Assembly (NCBI GenBank): GCA_963819655.1
Contig: CAWFXA010000002.1
Location: 1,015,361-1,079,360, forward strand
Source: an uncultured Chloroflexia bacterium
GTDB lineage: Bacteria; Chloroflexota; Limnocylindria; Limnocylindrales; CSP1-4
Direction: 5' to 3'
Length of the DNA stretch: 64,000 nucleotides
Below the pieces are notes generated by a model. That model was not told the DNA's origin. It saw only the letters and a program-made list of their open reading frames with translations, and did not search any database. Positions 31,578 to 43,412 of the stretch are shown here, in pieces (position 1 is the stretch's first letter; every line of letters begins with the position of its first letter). The position numbers and the translations under genes were made by a program.

Positions 31578-33188
31578 CTAGGTGCCTCGCGTGATGCGCA
31601 CGTCCTCGAGCTGGACCTCGAGGAGGCTGTTCGACGCACCGTCGACAGCCTCGAACACGATGCGGATCGTCTGGCCCTTCCAGGTATCGACCGGGATGTA
31701 GGTGCTCCGCCAGACGCCGTCGACGTCAGTGGCGGCCCCGGCCTTCGTGAAGACAGGCGTCCGTGCCCCACCCGAGGTTTCGATGCTCGCGACCAGCCGG
31801 TCGGCCGAGGACGAATTCGAGCCGTGCGCAAAGACATAACGGAAGTACAGCTGCTGCCCAGTCGTGTTGAACAACTTGATCGGCGCCGATCGCACGCTCG
31901 TCGACCCGTCGAGGTCGTTGGCGTTGGCCGACGAACCGGCGAGCAGGCCCGTCACCATGGCGCGCGAACCGGACGGCACCGTCCCGAGCTGCTTTGGGCC
32001 GCTCGCCGACGTGGACTCCGGGTTGCCGCGAGCGAAGGCACCGCTGGTCGCGGTGTCGGTCCCGTCGGGGTTCGTCGTCCAGCCCCGGGCCGCCTCGAAG
32101 TCGTCGTCGAACGAGCCGCACCGCCAATGGACATACGACGTCCCGAGGACCGCATACGGGCACCACGCGCGCTCTGCCAGGTACAGGACGGCGGCCTTGT
32201 TCCGGCCGGTCTCCGACGCGATCAGGCTGTCGTCCATGTAGTCGCGGTTCGACAGCTCGAACGTGTAGCTGAAGATCCGGTACACGCCGTACGCGTAGTC
32301 GCGCGTCGTGCCCGACGTGATGTACAGGTCGCTCGCCTGCTGGGGTCTGTAGCCGTTGGTCCTGGCCATCTGGCGGCCCATGTGGACCAACGCGAGGCGA
32401 TCGGCGCTGGTCATGTCGGCCGGCTGGTCCGCGTACGTGTAGCCGTACGGCCACATCACGAGCCGGCCGGCCTCGTGGAACGTGATGTGCATGCGGATCT
32501 GCTGCTTGCTGTCGACGACCCGGCTCGCCAGGAAGTCGCGCACCGCGCGCACCTCCGGGGCCGACCACGCCCTGGGGCCGCGGTAGGTGATCGCCGCCGG
32601 GTTCGGGCTCGTCCGGCCCCCACCGCCCCAGCGATAGCCGTAGTTCCGGTTGAGGTCGGTGCCGATGTAGCTGGTTCCGGGCGTCGGCTGGCGGTTCTTG
32701 CGCCAATAGTGGAATCGACCGTTCGCGATGTCGTACTCGGCGCCATCCGGGTTGACGAGGAAGATGATCCAGATCTCGCGGCCGTTGACGATGTTGGTGA
32801 TGCGCGTGTCGCTGCCGTAGCCATCGACGAGCCAGCGCATGATGCGCAGCGCCATCTCGACACCCATGTGCTCGTCAGCGTGGTGGCCGCCGTCGTAGAG
32901 GACCTCGGGCTCGTTCTCGTCGGTCCCGACGTTGTCCGAGATCTTCATCGCCCACAGCTCGCGGCCCTGGTAGCTCTTGCCGATGCTGAAGCGCGACGCG
33001 ATCGCCGGGTGAGCAGCAGCGACCGCCTGGGTCGCGGCGCCGATTTCGGCGTACGTGTGGTAGCCGGTGTAGCCCCTCGGGAAGTCGGCCGCTGCGACGG
33101 CTGTGGTCGAGGCGACGAGGAGGACGACCAGCGTCGCGGCGATCGCCGCTGGGACGGAGCGTCGGAAGCGGCGATCGGGAAGGGTCAT
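31578..33188 (-). CDS. M14-family zinc carboxypeptidase (signal peptide)
   Basis: 536 aa; Zn-binding region GGHHADEH; signal peptide with RRFRRS. Confidence 0.85.
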   Translation of the reverse strand: MTLPDRRFRRSVPAAIAATLVVLLVASTTAVAAADFPRGYTGYHTYAEIGAATQAVAAAHPAIASRFSIGKSYQGRELWAMKISDNVGTDENEPEVLYDGGHHADEHMGVEMALRIMRWLVDGYGSDTRITNIVNGREIWIIFLVNPDGAEYDIANGRFHYWRKNRQPTPGTSYIGTDLNRNYGYRWGGGGRTSPNPAAITYRGPRAWSAPEVRAVRDFLASRVVDSKQQIRMHITFHEAGRLVMWPYGYTYADQPADMTSADRLALVHMGRQMARTNGYRPQQASDLYITSGTTRDYAYGVYRIFSYTFELSNRDYMDDSLIASETGRNKAAVLYLAERAWCPYAVLGTSYVHWRCGSFDDDFEAARGWTTNPDGTDTATSGAFARGNPESTSASGPKQLGTVPSGSRAMVTGLLAGSSANANDLDGSTSVRSAPIKLFNTTGQQLYFRYVFAHGSNSSSADRLVASIETSGGARTPVFTKAGAATDVDGVWRSTYIPVDTWKGQTIRIVFEAVDGASNSLLEVQLEDVRITRGT

Positions 33189-33267
33189 CGGTCGATGATG
33201 ACCCCCATGTCCAGCCGGCGCGATGCCGGGATGGGGCCAGTCGACCGTGGCCGAAACGTCCCGGCGG

Positions 33268-35337
33268 TCAGCGGAGGTACCGGTCGAACCAGTCGAGCAC
33301 CCGCTTGTTGCGGTCGATGCGGCGGTCGGGCCGGCCTGCGTTTGCGTAGACGTGGAACTCGTCCGGGTACAGCACGTACTCGACCGTCCGGCCGAGGTGA
33401 CGCAGCGCGATGAAGAACTGCTCGTTGTCCGCGGCGGGGCAGCGGTGATCGGCCTCCCCTTGGAGCATCAGGAGCGGGGTCCGGACGTTCGCAACGTGAC
33501 GCAGCGGTGATTGCCGCCAGAGCTTGTCGACCCCTTCGGGTGAGAGCGTGTCGCCCAGCAGGGCGGCCCGGCTGTACTCGGGGCCGCCGTCGGAGTTCGC
33601 CCAGTCCGCCACCTGGTTCGTGACGCCGTTCTCCGAGACCGCCGCCTTGAAGCGATCGCTCGTGCCGACCAGCCAGTTCGTCATGTACCCGCCGTAGCTC
33701 AGGCCCATCACGCCGAGCCGCTCTGGGTCCGCCAGACCGATCGCGACGACGTGATCGACAGCTGCATGGACGTCGGCGGCATCGACTCCACCCCAGTCGC
33801 CGAGCTGCGGGCGGATCCAGTCGGCGCCGTACGTGGCCGAACCCCGGATGTTCGGCAGGATGACGCGGTACCCGTGCGCGACGAGAAGGATGACCTCGAT
33901 GTGCGGCGCCGGCGCCCACGCACCCATCGGGCCGCCGTGGACGTTGACGATCGCCGGGAGCGGCGTGAGGCGTGCGCCGGCCGGCGACGCGATCCAGACA
34001 TCGATCGGCCCGCCGGCCCCGGGCGCCCGGACGAGGCGCATCTCCGGCATCTCGAAGGCGTCCTGCCAACGCGAGCCCAGCCGCGAGCGGGTATGGAGGG
34101 TCGCCTCGCCGGCGCTGTCGTCGTTGCCGAAATCGAGAGTCTGCAGCTCCATCGCGCGCGTGCCGTCGGTCCCGAGCGTCGCGATCCGACCGCCTCCCGC
34201 CACAGCGACGGTGTGCGTCGTGATGTCCCCACCGGCAAGGCGCCGAGAGCTGCGTTCCTCACCGGTCTTCGGATCGATAGTGAAGACGTATGGATGCGAC
34301 CGTCCCTGGTCCGAGATCGTCGCGGCGATCCGCTCGTCGTCGAGCCAGAACGGCCCGTGGCGGCCATCGACGAACCAGCCGTTGAGATCGGTATCGACCC
34401 AGTTGCCGATCGGCCGGTCGAGGTCAGGCGCGAGCAGCCACGGCTGTCCGGAGCCGTCGGCCGGCCCGACGACCACGCCCGGGATCACGTCGTCGAGCGG
34501 CTCTGGCTCGAGCAGGCCGCGGGCCGCGATCCAGCGTCCGTCGGGCGACCAGGCGGGGTGGCTCGCCCAGCCCGGTCGGAGCACCTCGGTCGGCTCCGCG
34601 TCGCGCTCATCGACATCGACCGCCCAGATCGTCGTCCGCCAATGGAGGTCGGGCTCCGGCCCGCGGTCAGTGGTGAAGGCGATCGTGCGGTTGTCGGGAT
34701 GCCACGCGATGTCGGAAACGCCCCAGTCGCCGCTCGTGATCTGGCGCGGCTTGCCCGAAGGCAGGTCGGTCACGAAGAGGTGCGACCACCGGTCTCGATG
34801 GCCCTCCTCGTCCCATCGCCAGTCTGTCCGGGTGATGTGGCGGGCGACGGGGGTCTCATCCGAGCCCGCCTTCCCGCGCCGCCAGATCGGCCTGGCCTTG
34901 CCGGCGATGAAGCGGGGCGGGTCGACCTCGGCGGTGAACGCGAGGCGGCGGCCGTCGGGCGACCAGGCGATCTCGCCGACCGCGCCATGGCGGCCGATCT
35001 TCGCGGGCCACGGGCTGGCGGTGCGCAGCAGATCGAGCAGCATGATCGCCGCCACCGAGTCGTCGTCGGTCGGGTCGGTCCGGACGAAGGCGAGCGTGTG
35101 GCCGTCCGGGCAGAGCCGCGGCCGCGTGTCGCGGATCTTCCCCCGGGTCAGCTGGCGCGGTGTCGGGATGGCGCGCCCGGCCCCCACGTCGATGGCGAAC
35201 AGGTGGCTGACGTAGCGGTTCCCCCGGATCGATCGCCGCACGACGACGGCAGTCCGCCCGTCGACGGACAGGTCGAGCTCTTCGACGACGACGATGCGGC
35301 GGATGTCCTCAGGGGTCATGGTCCGGCGTGCAGCCAT
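33268..35337 (-). CDS. S9-family peptidase (prolyl oligopeptidase / acylaminoacyl-peptidase-like)
   Basis: 689 aa; N-terminal beta-propeller repeats and C-terminal GLSYGGYMT nucleophile motif. Confidence 0.85.
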   Translation of the reverse strand: MAARRTMTPEDIRRIVVVEELDLSVDGRTAVVVRRSIRGNRYVSHLFAIDVGAGRAIPTPRQLTRGKIRDTRPRLCPDGHTLAFVRTDPTDDDSVAAIMLLDLLRTASPWPAKIGRHGAVGEIAWSPDGRRLAFTAEVDPPRFIAGKARPIWRRGKAGSDETPVARHITRTDWRWDEEGHRDRWSHLFVTDLPSGKPRQITSGDWGVSDIAWHPDNRTIAFTTDRGPEPDLHWRTTIWAVDVDERDAEPTEVLRPGWASHPAWSPDGRWIAARGLLEPEPLDDVIPGVVVGPADGSGQPWLLAPDLDRPIGNWVDTDLNGWFVDGRHGPFWLDDERIAATISDQGRSHPYVFTIDPKTGEERSSRRLAGGDITTHTVAVAGGGRIATLGTDGTRAMELQTLDFGNDDSAGEATLHTRSRLGSRWQDAFEMPEMRLVRAPGAGGPIDVWIASPAGARLTPLPAIVNVHGGPMGAWAPAPHIEVILLVAHGYRVILPNIRGSATYGADWIRPQLGDWGGVDAADVHAAVDHVVAIGLADPERLGVMGLSYGGYMTNWLVGTSDRFKAAVSENGVTNQVADWANSDGGPEYSRAALLGDTLSPEGVDKLWRQSPLRHVANVRTPLLMLQGEADHRCPAADNEQFFIALRHLGRTVEYVLYPDEFHVYANAGRPDRRIDRNKRVLDWFDRYLR

Positions 35338-35372
35338 GCGCGACAGACTAGCCGCGCCGCTACCCTTCCGGT

Positions 35373-36329
35373 ATGCCCGTCCCGCCCTCGGTCGCCGACC
35401 GATTGATCATCGCGCCGGAGGTGGCCGGGGCTCTCGCCGAGGGCCGGCCCGTCGTCGCGCTCGAGTCAACATTGATCAGTCACGGATTGCCCTATCCGCA
35501 GAACCTCGACGTGGCCTCGGCCTCCGAGACCGCCGTCCGTGAGACGCCAGGCGCCGTGCCGGCCACGGTCGCGATCCGCGATGGGCGGCTGCTGGTCGGG
35601 CTCGACGCCGGGGCGCTGGAGGCGCTGGCCACGGCCCCGGCCGGCTCTGTCCGGAAGGCAGCGCGCCCAAGCCTGGCCGTCGCCCTCGCCGAGGGCGGGT
35701 GGGCGGCCACGACTGTGTCGGCCACCATGATCGCCGCCTTCGCTGCCGGGATCCGCGTCTTCGCGACCGGCGGCATCGGCGGGGTGCATCGCGGGGCCCT
35801 CGACGCGTCGGGTGCGGGCGTGCCCGCGTCGTTCGACATCTCGTCGGATCTCGAGGAACTCGGCCGGACCGCGATGGCCGTGGTCTGCGCTGGCCCAAAG
35901 GCCATCCTCGACGTGCCGGCTACGATCGAGTACCTCGAGACACGGGGCGTGCCGGTCATCGTGGTCGGTCAAACGGACGTGCCCGGGTTCTTCGCCCGGT
36001 CATCGGGGGTCCCGGCGCCGGCCGTCGCCGCTGACGCGGCCGAGGCAGCCCGGATCGTTGCGGCGCATCTCGGCCTGGGCTTGGGGAGCGGCGCTCTGGT
36101 CTGCGTGCCAGTGCCCGCCGACGAGGCACTCCCCGATGACGTCGCACGGGACGCCGTGACTCGCGCGGTCGAAGACGCCGAGGTCGCCGGCATCCATGGA
36201 CCGGCCCTCACGCCGTGGCTTCTCGCGCGGATCGCCGAACTGACCGACGGTCGGTCGGTGCCCGCGAACACCGCGTTGATCGTGAACAATGCGCGCGTTG
36301 CCGCGTCGCTGGCGGCCCACCTGCGCTAA
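35373..36329 (+). CDS. psuG: Pseudouridine-5'-phosphate glycosidase
   Basis: 318 aa; characteristic LESTLISHGLPYP...VVCAGPKAILD. Confidence 0.85.
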   Translation: MPVPPSVADRLIIAPEVAGALAEGRPVVALESTLISHGLPYPQNLDVASASETAVRETPGAVPATVAIRDGRLLVGLDAGALEALATAPAGSVRKAARPSLAVALAEGGWAATTVSATMIAAFAAGIRVFATGGIGGVHRGALDASGAGVPASFDISSDLEELGRTAMAVVCAGPKAILDVPATIEYLETRGVPVIVVGQTDVPGFFARSSGVPAPAVAADAAEAARIVAAHLGLGLGSGALVCVPVPADEALPDDVARDAVTRAVEDAEVAGIHGPALTPWLLARIAELTDGRSVPANTALIVNNARVAASLAAHLR

Positions 36330-36489
36330 CGCACGGTTCCAAGCCGCATTCGACCCCTTCCTGATATTGCCGCGCGCCCGGCCGGTCGGTACACTCGCCG
36401 GACTCGCGAGGCATCCGGGGTGGGCGGTGCTGCGCCATGGTGGTGTGGGCCGCGCGACCGAGCCACCGGGTCGTGGAGGATGGCGCGCC

Positions 36490-37026
36490 ATGCGCATCTA
36501 CGAGGGCAGCCCGCGCCAGGACTTCGAGGAAGTCTTCAGGTCCATCGGCGCGTTCCTCGACCAGCGCGGCATGAAGGACGTCCTTCTCGTGGAGGCCCCC
36601 GACGGTTTCATCGTCCAGGGCCTCGTCGTGTCCGGCTCGTCGGTCGGTGCCTGGTCCGAGTCGATCGGGACGCAGGCCAAGGAGACGTTGACCTTCCTCG
36701 ACGATGACATCGCCCGCTTCATGGAGGAAGCCGCCGCGCGTCGCGGTCGGTCGGCCCCGGTGCCGACGCACGACGCCGGCTATTACGAGACGGCCTTCCG
36801 CGTCCTCGGTCGTTACATGGACGACCAGAAACCGAAGGACGTGTTCTTCTTCGAGCAGGACGGCGCGTTCGTCGTCAGGCTCCTGCTGTCCGGCCAGGCC
36901 GGCAGCCAGCACCAGCTCTCGGAGTTCACGCGCGAGGACATCGCCCAGATGGTGGCCAAGGGGCCAGCGCTCCGGAGCCCGGTCTCGATCCCCGGCGCGA
37001 GTAGCAGCACGACTACCAGCGCCTGA
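36490..37026 (+). CDS. Hypothetical protein with internal duplication
   Basis: MRIYEGSPRQDFEEVF...; two similar halves (DVLLVEAPDGFIVQGLVV / DVFFFEQDGAFVVRLLL). The ORF-track N-terminal extension is non-protein-like. Confidence 0.5.
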   Translation: MRIYEGSPRQDFEEVFRSIGAFLDQRGMKDVLLVEAPDGFIVQGLVVSGSSVGAWSESIGTQAKETLTFLDDDIARFMEEAAARRGRSAPVPTHDAGYYETAFRVLGRYMDDQKPKDVFFFEQDGAFVVRLLLSGQAGSQHQLSEFTREDIAQMVAKGPALRSPVSIPGASSSTTTSA

Positions 37027-37043
37027 CCTCGGAGGTATCGCCC

Positions 37044-37199
37044 ATGAAAGCCCTCAAGACCGTCGCCGTCGCTCTCGGCATCACGCTCGCGGCGCTCATC
37101 GTCATCCCGCTGGCCGTGCTGGCCGGCCTGTTCGTCTGGTTGAAGCTCACCGAAGAGGACGACGAGGAGCTCCTCGAGCTCGACCGCGACACCGTCTGA
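37044..37199 (+). CDS. Small membrane protein (51 aa), not in the ORF track
   Basis: Manual translation MKALKTVAVALGITLAALIVIPLAVLAGLFVWLKLTEEDDEELLELDRDTV; GGAGG RBS 7 nt upstream; one TM helix and an acidic tail. Confidence 0.45.
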   Translation: MKALKTVAVALGITLAALIVIPLAVLAGLFVWLKLTEEDDEELLELDRDTV

Positions 37200-37326
37200 T
37201 CGATCGCGACGGCGACTGATCGACCCCGACATCCCCGCCGCACCACCGACGCCCGCCGATCGACCGGCGGGCGTTGCGCTTCTGTCCGTCGACCGCCGTC
37301 TCGCCGAGGCGGCGGTCATCGGCGTC

Positions 37327-38196
37327 ATGGTCATCTGGGCCGCGAACTTCATCGTCGTGAAGGGCGCCATCGCGGTCCTCCCGCCTGTCGGCTTCACGAT
37401 GCTGCGCTACGGCCTGGCGTCGATCGCGCTGCTCGCGATCCTGCGCTGGTCCGAAGGGACCATCCGGTTGCCCCGACCCGACGTGGTCCGGATCCTCGTC
37501 CTCGGCGGGCTGGGTTTCGGGCTGTACCAGATCCTGTGGACGACCGGCCTCACGTCGATCCCGGCCGGCGACAGCGCACTGATCATCGCCTCGACCCCGG
37601 TCCTCGTCGCCGTCCTCGCTGGGATCATCGGCGTCGACACGCTGACGCCGCAGAAGTTCGCCGGCGCCGCGCTGTCGTTCCTGGGTGTCGTCGTGGTCAT
37701 CGCGGCGGGCGTCGGCATCTCGATGAGCGGCTCTGCCGTGGGAAGCCTCCTGACGCTGGCTGCCGCAGCATGCTGGGCGTCGTACACGGCCTTCGCGGCG
37801 CCCGTCCTCCGCCGCCACTCCCCGCTCGTGCTGACGACGTGGGCGACGATCGGCGGGACGCTGGTGCTGATCCTGCCCGGCGTTGCGCAGCTCACGGCGC
37901 CGGGGGCGCTCGGCCCGGAGCAGTCCGCGCAGCTCGTGCCGATCGTCCTGGCGATCGCGTATTCCGGGATCCTCGCGGCCGCGGTCGCGAACGTCGTGGT
38001 CTTCAACGGCGTTCGATTGCTCGGCCCGACCCGGGTCATCACGCTCCAGTCATTCGTGCCGCCCATGGCTGTGGTCCTTGCGTTCATCTTCCTGCATGAG
38101 CCGATCCGTCCGGCGCAGGTCGTCGGCGGGCTGATCATCGTGTTGGGCGTGGCGTTGACACGTCGCGCTTCGGTTCGCCCGGCCGCGCGCTCATGA
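37327..38196 (+). CDS. DMT-family (EamA-like) transporter
   Basis: 289 aa, 10 TMS; no alternative in-frame ATG/GTG/TTG upstream. Confidence 0.8.
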   Translation: MVIWAANFIVVKGAIAVLPPVGFTMLRYGLASIALLAILRWSEGTIRLPRPDVVRILVLGGLGFGLYQILWTTGLTSIPAGDSALIIASTPVLVAVLAGIIGVDTLTPQKFAGAALSFLGVVVVIAAGVGISMSGSAVGSLLTLAAAACWASYTAFAAPVLRRHSPLVLTTWATIGGTLVLILPGVAQLTAPGALGPEQSAQLVPIVLAIAYSGILAAAVANVVVFNGVRLLGPTRVITLQSFVPPMAVVLAFIFLHEPIRPAQVVGGLIIVLGVALTRRASVRPAARS

Positions 38197-39065
38197 CGGA
38201 CGAGGCGCCGCCTCTCCCACCACTCGTCGAGGGGACGCCGCCGCTCGCGATTCTCGTCGACTACGACGGGACGATCTCGCTGACCGACGTCACCGACCAG
38301 GTCATGGCCACGCATGCGCCTGCCATCTGGGAGGAGGCCGAGCGGCTCTACGCGGCGGGCGCGATGGGATCACGCCGGCTCATGGCCTGGGAGATGTCGA
38401 TGGTCGACGCGGATCCCGATGCGCTCCGGGCGACCGCCGCGGCCCAGCCGCACGATCCCGGGTTCGTCCCCTTCGTCCGCCGCGCTCAGGCGGCCGGCAT
38501 CCCGGTCGAGGTCGTGTCCGACGGATTCGGATTCTTCATCCGCCCGGCCCTGGAGCGACTCGGGGTGGGGGAGCTCCCGGTGGTGACCGCGCGGACAGAT
38601 TTCGATGACCGACGACCCTCGCTGCATTTCCCCAACGGCCACCCGACCTGCCTCGTCTGCGGGACGTGCAAGCGACAGCGAGTCCTGGCCCATCGGGCCG
38701 CGGGTCGACTCGTCGTGTTCATCGGCGACGGCGACAGCGATCGGTATGCCGCCGGTTACAGCGACATCGTGTTCGCGAAGCGAGCACTGGAACGGATCTG
38801 CCTCGAGGCGGGCTGGGCGTACCGCCGCTGGACCGCGTTCAGCGAGCTGGAAGGGTGGCTGGCGGAGACGCTCGTGGGATGGGCGCGCGATCCCTCCAGC
38901 CTGACGCCGCCGGAGCCGGGTCCCCCGCGTGGCTATTTCTGCGGCCCCGAGGTGTGGGGCGACGGCCTGGAGGATCCGCCCCCAGGTTCGTGGCCGCCGC
39001 CGGAACCAACAGGCGTTACGTCAAAGGTGACAAGCGACGAGAGACCCGGCGGCGTTGAGCCCTAG
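38193..39065 (+). CDS. HAD-IB-family hydrolase (MtnX-like phosphatase)
   Basis: LVDYDGTIS HAD motif I, GDGDSD motif IV, and a CLVCGTCK motif; ATGA overlap with the upstream DMT gene. Confidence 0.65.
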   Translation: MTDEAPPLPPLVEGTPPLAILVDYDGTISLTDVTDQVMATHAPAIWEEAERLYAAGAMGSRRLMAWEMSMVDADPDALRATAAAQPHDPGFVPFVRRAQAAGIPVEVVSDGFGFFIRPALERLGVGELPVVTARTDFDDRRPSLHFPNGHPTCLVCGTCKRQRVLAHRAAGRLVVFIGDGDSDRYAAGYSDIVFAKRALERICLEAGWAYRRWTAFSELEGWLAETLVGWARDPSSLTPPEPGPPRGYFCGPEVWGDGLEDPPPGSWPPPEPTGVTSKVTSDERPGGVEP

Positions 39066-39073
39066 AAGCTGAG

Positions 39074-39092
39074 TGTCACGCGTGCCGTGACA
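39074..39092. promoter_or_regulatory. Perfect palindrome TGTCACG-N5-CGTGACA upstream of pyrG (immediately after the HAD gene stop)
   Basis: Read directly; same half-sites (TGTCAC/GTGACA) and 7-bp spacing as the palindrome at 5260, but everted. Confidence 0.25.
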
Positions 39093-39216
39093 TCCGAGGG
39101 GGGAAGGTCGACCTGCTCGGCTGCGTTCGTCCGTTGTGACACCAATGGCCAACACCGCGGATTCGCGTCCGGGGCCTCTTTCCGATAGCATCAGAAAAAC
39201 CCCGGAGGAACCCTGA

Positions 39217-40899
<1,683 letters not shown>

Positions 40900-40952
40900 G
40901 TCGGGGCTGACAGGCCAGACCTGACGGCGTGGCCTGATCCCGGAGCACGCCG

Positions 40953-41840
40953 ATGGCCACGCCGACGTTTCGCGACCGAGAGTGTCGGGAGCTCCTGGCA
41001 TTCGACGAGGTTCGCCACCGACTCGGCTTAGGGACTCGTCTCCCGGGGGGCCGGCGCGAGGTCGCCGTCGCCGACATCATCGGGTCGGTCGGCCGGGTGT
41101 CCGATTTCGACGGCTGCTTCCGGCCCAGGAACCGACGCCTTCGTGATGAGATCCGTATCCGTGCGGCGAGTCCGGTGGTGGTCGACATGCCGCTCTCGCT
41201 GCTCCAGGTGGATCACGCCTTCTTCGTCGAGGACGGCCACAAGCGGCTCTCGGCGGCGATCGCCGACGGTCGTCAGTACGTCGATGCGAACGTCGACCAA
41301 TTCGAGACGCGCTTCCACGTCGCGCCCGGGACGACCATGGCATCCATCCGGGTCACCGCCAGCGAGCGTAGGTTCCGGAAGGTGACCGGCCTCGATGCGG
41401 CAGTCCCGCGACGACGGTTCCCGCTCTCGGATCCGGACGGCTACCTCGAGCTCCAGGAGTCCGTGAAGGCGCACACGCTCGACTACTCCCGGGCCGAGGC
41501 GCGACTCGTCTCCCCGGAGGAGGGCGCCCGGCACTGGTACGAGACCGTGTTCGTGCCGATCCTCGAGCTGATCGACTCGACCGGCATGGGCAAGCTTCTC
41601 GAGTCGATGACCGACGCGGACCGCTTCCTGTTGTTCAGGCGTGGCATCGACGTGCCGATGTTGCCCGGCTGGCGCATCCCTCGTGCCGCGGCCGAGCGAG
41701 GGGTGGAGAACATCACGGATCGAACGCAGGTCACGCGGACCAAGCGACTTGCCTCGCTCGCTCGACGCCCCAAGAAGCGCAACGCACCGCTCCTGCCGGA
41801 GGAGACTCAGGGCGACGATGGCGGGTCGTCAGCGCCCTGA
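40953..41840 (+). CDS. Hypothetical protein, possible ParB/sulfiredoxin-like N-terminal domain
   Basis: VVDMPLSLLQVDHAFFVEDGHKRLSAAIADG resembles the DGHHR-type ParB/Srx fold motif. Confidence 0.45.
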   Translation: MATPTFRDRECRELLAFDEVRHRLGLGTRLPGGRREVAVADIIGSVGRVSDFDGCFRPRNRRLRDEIRIRAASPVVVDMPLSLLQVDHAFFVEDGHKRLSAAIADGRQYVDANVDQFETRFHVAPGTTMASIRVTASERRFRKVTGLDAAVPRRRFPLSDPDGYLELQESVKAHTLDYSRAEARLVSPEEGARHWYETVFVPILELIDSTGMGKLLESMTDADRFLLFRRGIDVPMLPGWRIPRAAAERGVENITDRTQVTRTKRLASLARRPKKRNAPLLPEETQGDDGGSSAP

Positions 41841-42047
41841 CCCGCCGTCATTGGTGGTGCCGCCGCGCACCGTCCCGCACGGGAGCGGGTCAGCGCCACG
41901 CGACGCGACCCGCCACCAGGGGTCAGACTAGCCAGCACTCAACGGTGGGTCGCGCGGTCCGGACGACGTCGATGACCCCAAAGACATCACGTCGTCGATC
42001 GCACCCCAGCGACCCTCCATGGACCACGCCTGGTAGGAGGAGAGTCC

Positions 42048-43331
42048 ATGCGTAGGCTGGCCATCCTGGCCGTATCCATCCTGATGCTCGCTGCCGTTCC
42101 GGCGGCATCCGCACGCACGACCGACGCGTACGACGCGCCAACCGCGAGTGGACTGTGCGAGGCCTTCTTCGGCGTCAGCGCCGGACCGGAGCCGCTGTCC
42201 GCGTGTCAGTGGGATATGCGGTACATCAACGCCAATGCCGCCTCCCGCGCCCTCGCCACAGGCGATGGCGTGACCGTCGGCGTCATCGACAGCGGAATCG
42301 ACTTCACGCACCCGGACCTCGACAACATCGACGTCGGGCTCTCGTGTTCGTTCATCAACACCGATACGCCGACCGCCGATCCAGCCGAGATCGCGAACGG
42401 CGACTGTTCGAACAAATCGGCAGTCCAGGACCTGAACGGTCATGGGACCCATGTCGCAACGACGATCGCGGGTGCGCTCGATGGCACCGGCATCGTCGGC
42501 GTGGCCCCGGACGCAACGATCGTAAGCCTCAAGGCCTGCACGATCATCGGCTTCTGTTTCGTCGATTCGGTCGCGGCCGCGCTGCGCTATGCAGGCGACC
42601 AAGGCATCGATGTCGTCAACCTCAGCCTGTTCGCCGACCCGTACCTCTACTACTGCAGCAACGACGCGGGCCAGCGGGCGATGTACCAGGAGATGAAGAA
42701 CGCGGCGAAGTACGCGCAGCAGCGCGGCACCGTCGTGGTCGCCGCGGCCGGCAACGAGCTGCACGACCTCGGTCACCCCGTGACCGACGAGATCAGCCCC
42801 GACTGGCCGCCTGACACAGCCGAGAGCCGTCGGATCCACAACAACTGCCGCGTCGCCCCCGCAGAGCTGCCGGGCGTCGTGACGGTATCGGCCTCCGGCG
42901 TGAACACGCTGGCGGGCTACTCCAACGTCGGCAGCCCGATCGATGTCACGGCCCCGGGCGGCGATGCCGCTCAGACGCCGGGCACGACCTTCGGTCGGAT
43001 CCTGGCGGGTTGGTCCAGCACAGACGGAACCGGCTCGTGGGAGTTCTTCGCTGCCACCGGCCGAGCCGTCCTCGACGACGGCGGTCGATACGTCTGGATC
43101 AGCGGGACGTCGATGGCGTCACCGCACGCCGCGGGTGTCGCAGCGTTGATCATCGAGAACCACCCGGGCTGGAACCAGGGAGCCGTGGCGGCTGCAGTGC
43201 GGTCCACCGCGACGCCGATGGCCTGCCCGAGCCCAGCCGATCCGAACCTCCCCCGCTGCTTTGGCGGTCGTGGCAACACGACCTTCTTCGGCGCCGGCAT
43301 GGTGAACGCCCTGGCGGCCGCCTCGAAGTAA
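42048..43331 (+). CDS. S8-family serine peptidase (subtilisin-like), secreted
   Basis: Catalytic triad contexts VIDSGID, NGHGTHVA, GTSMASPH; Sec signal peptide. Confidence 0.9.
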   Translation: MRRLAILAVSILMLAAVPAASARTTDAYDAPTASGLCEAFFGVSAGPEPLSACQWDMRYINANAASRALATGDGVTVGVIDSGIDFTHPDLDNIDVGLSCSFINTDTPTADPAEIANGDCSNKSAVQDLNGHGTHVATTIAGALDGTGIVGVAPDATIVSLKACTIIGFCFVDSVAAALRYAGDQGIDVVNLSLFADPYLYYCSNDAGQRAMYQEMKNAAKYAQQRGTVVVAAAGNELHDLGHPVTDEISPDWPPDTAESRRIHNNCRVAPAELPGVVTVSASGVNTLAGYSNVGSPIDVTAPGGDAAQTPGTTFGRILAGWSSTDGTGSWEFFAATGRAVLDDGGRYVWISGTSMASPHAAGVAALIIENHPGWNQGAVAAAVRSTATPMACPSPADPNLPRCFGGRGNTTFFGAGMVNALAAASK

Positions 43332-43412
43332 AGACTTGTTCGCTCCGCGAACCCCAGGAAGGGCCGCCGGCATAGCCGGCGGCCCAGAGCCACATGAAGT
43401 GGAGGAGGCCGT

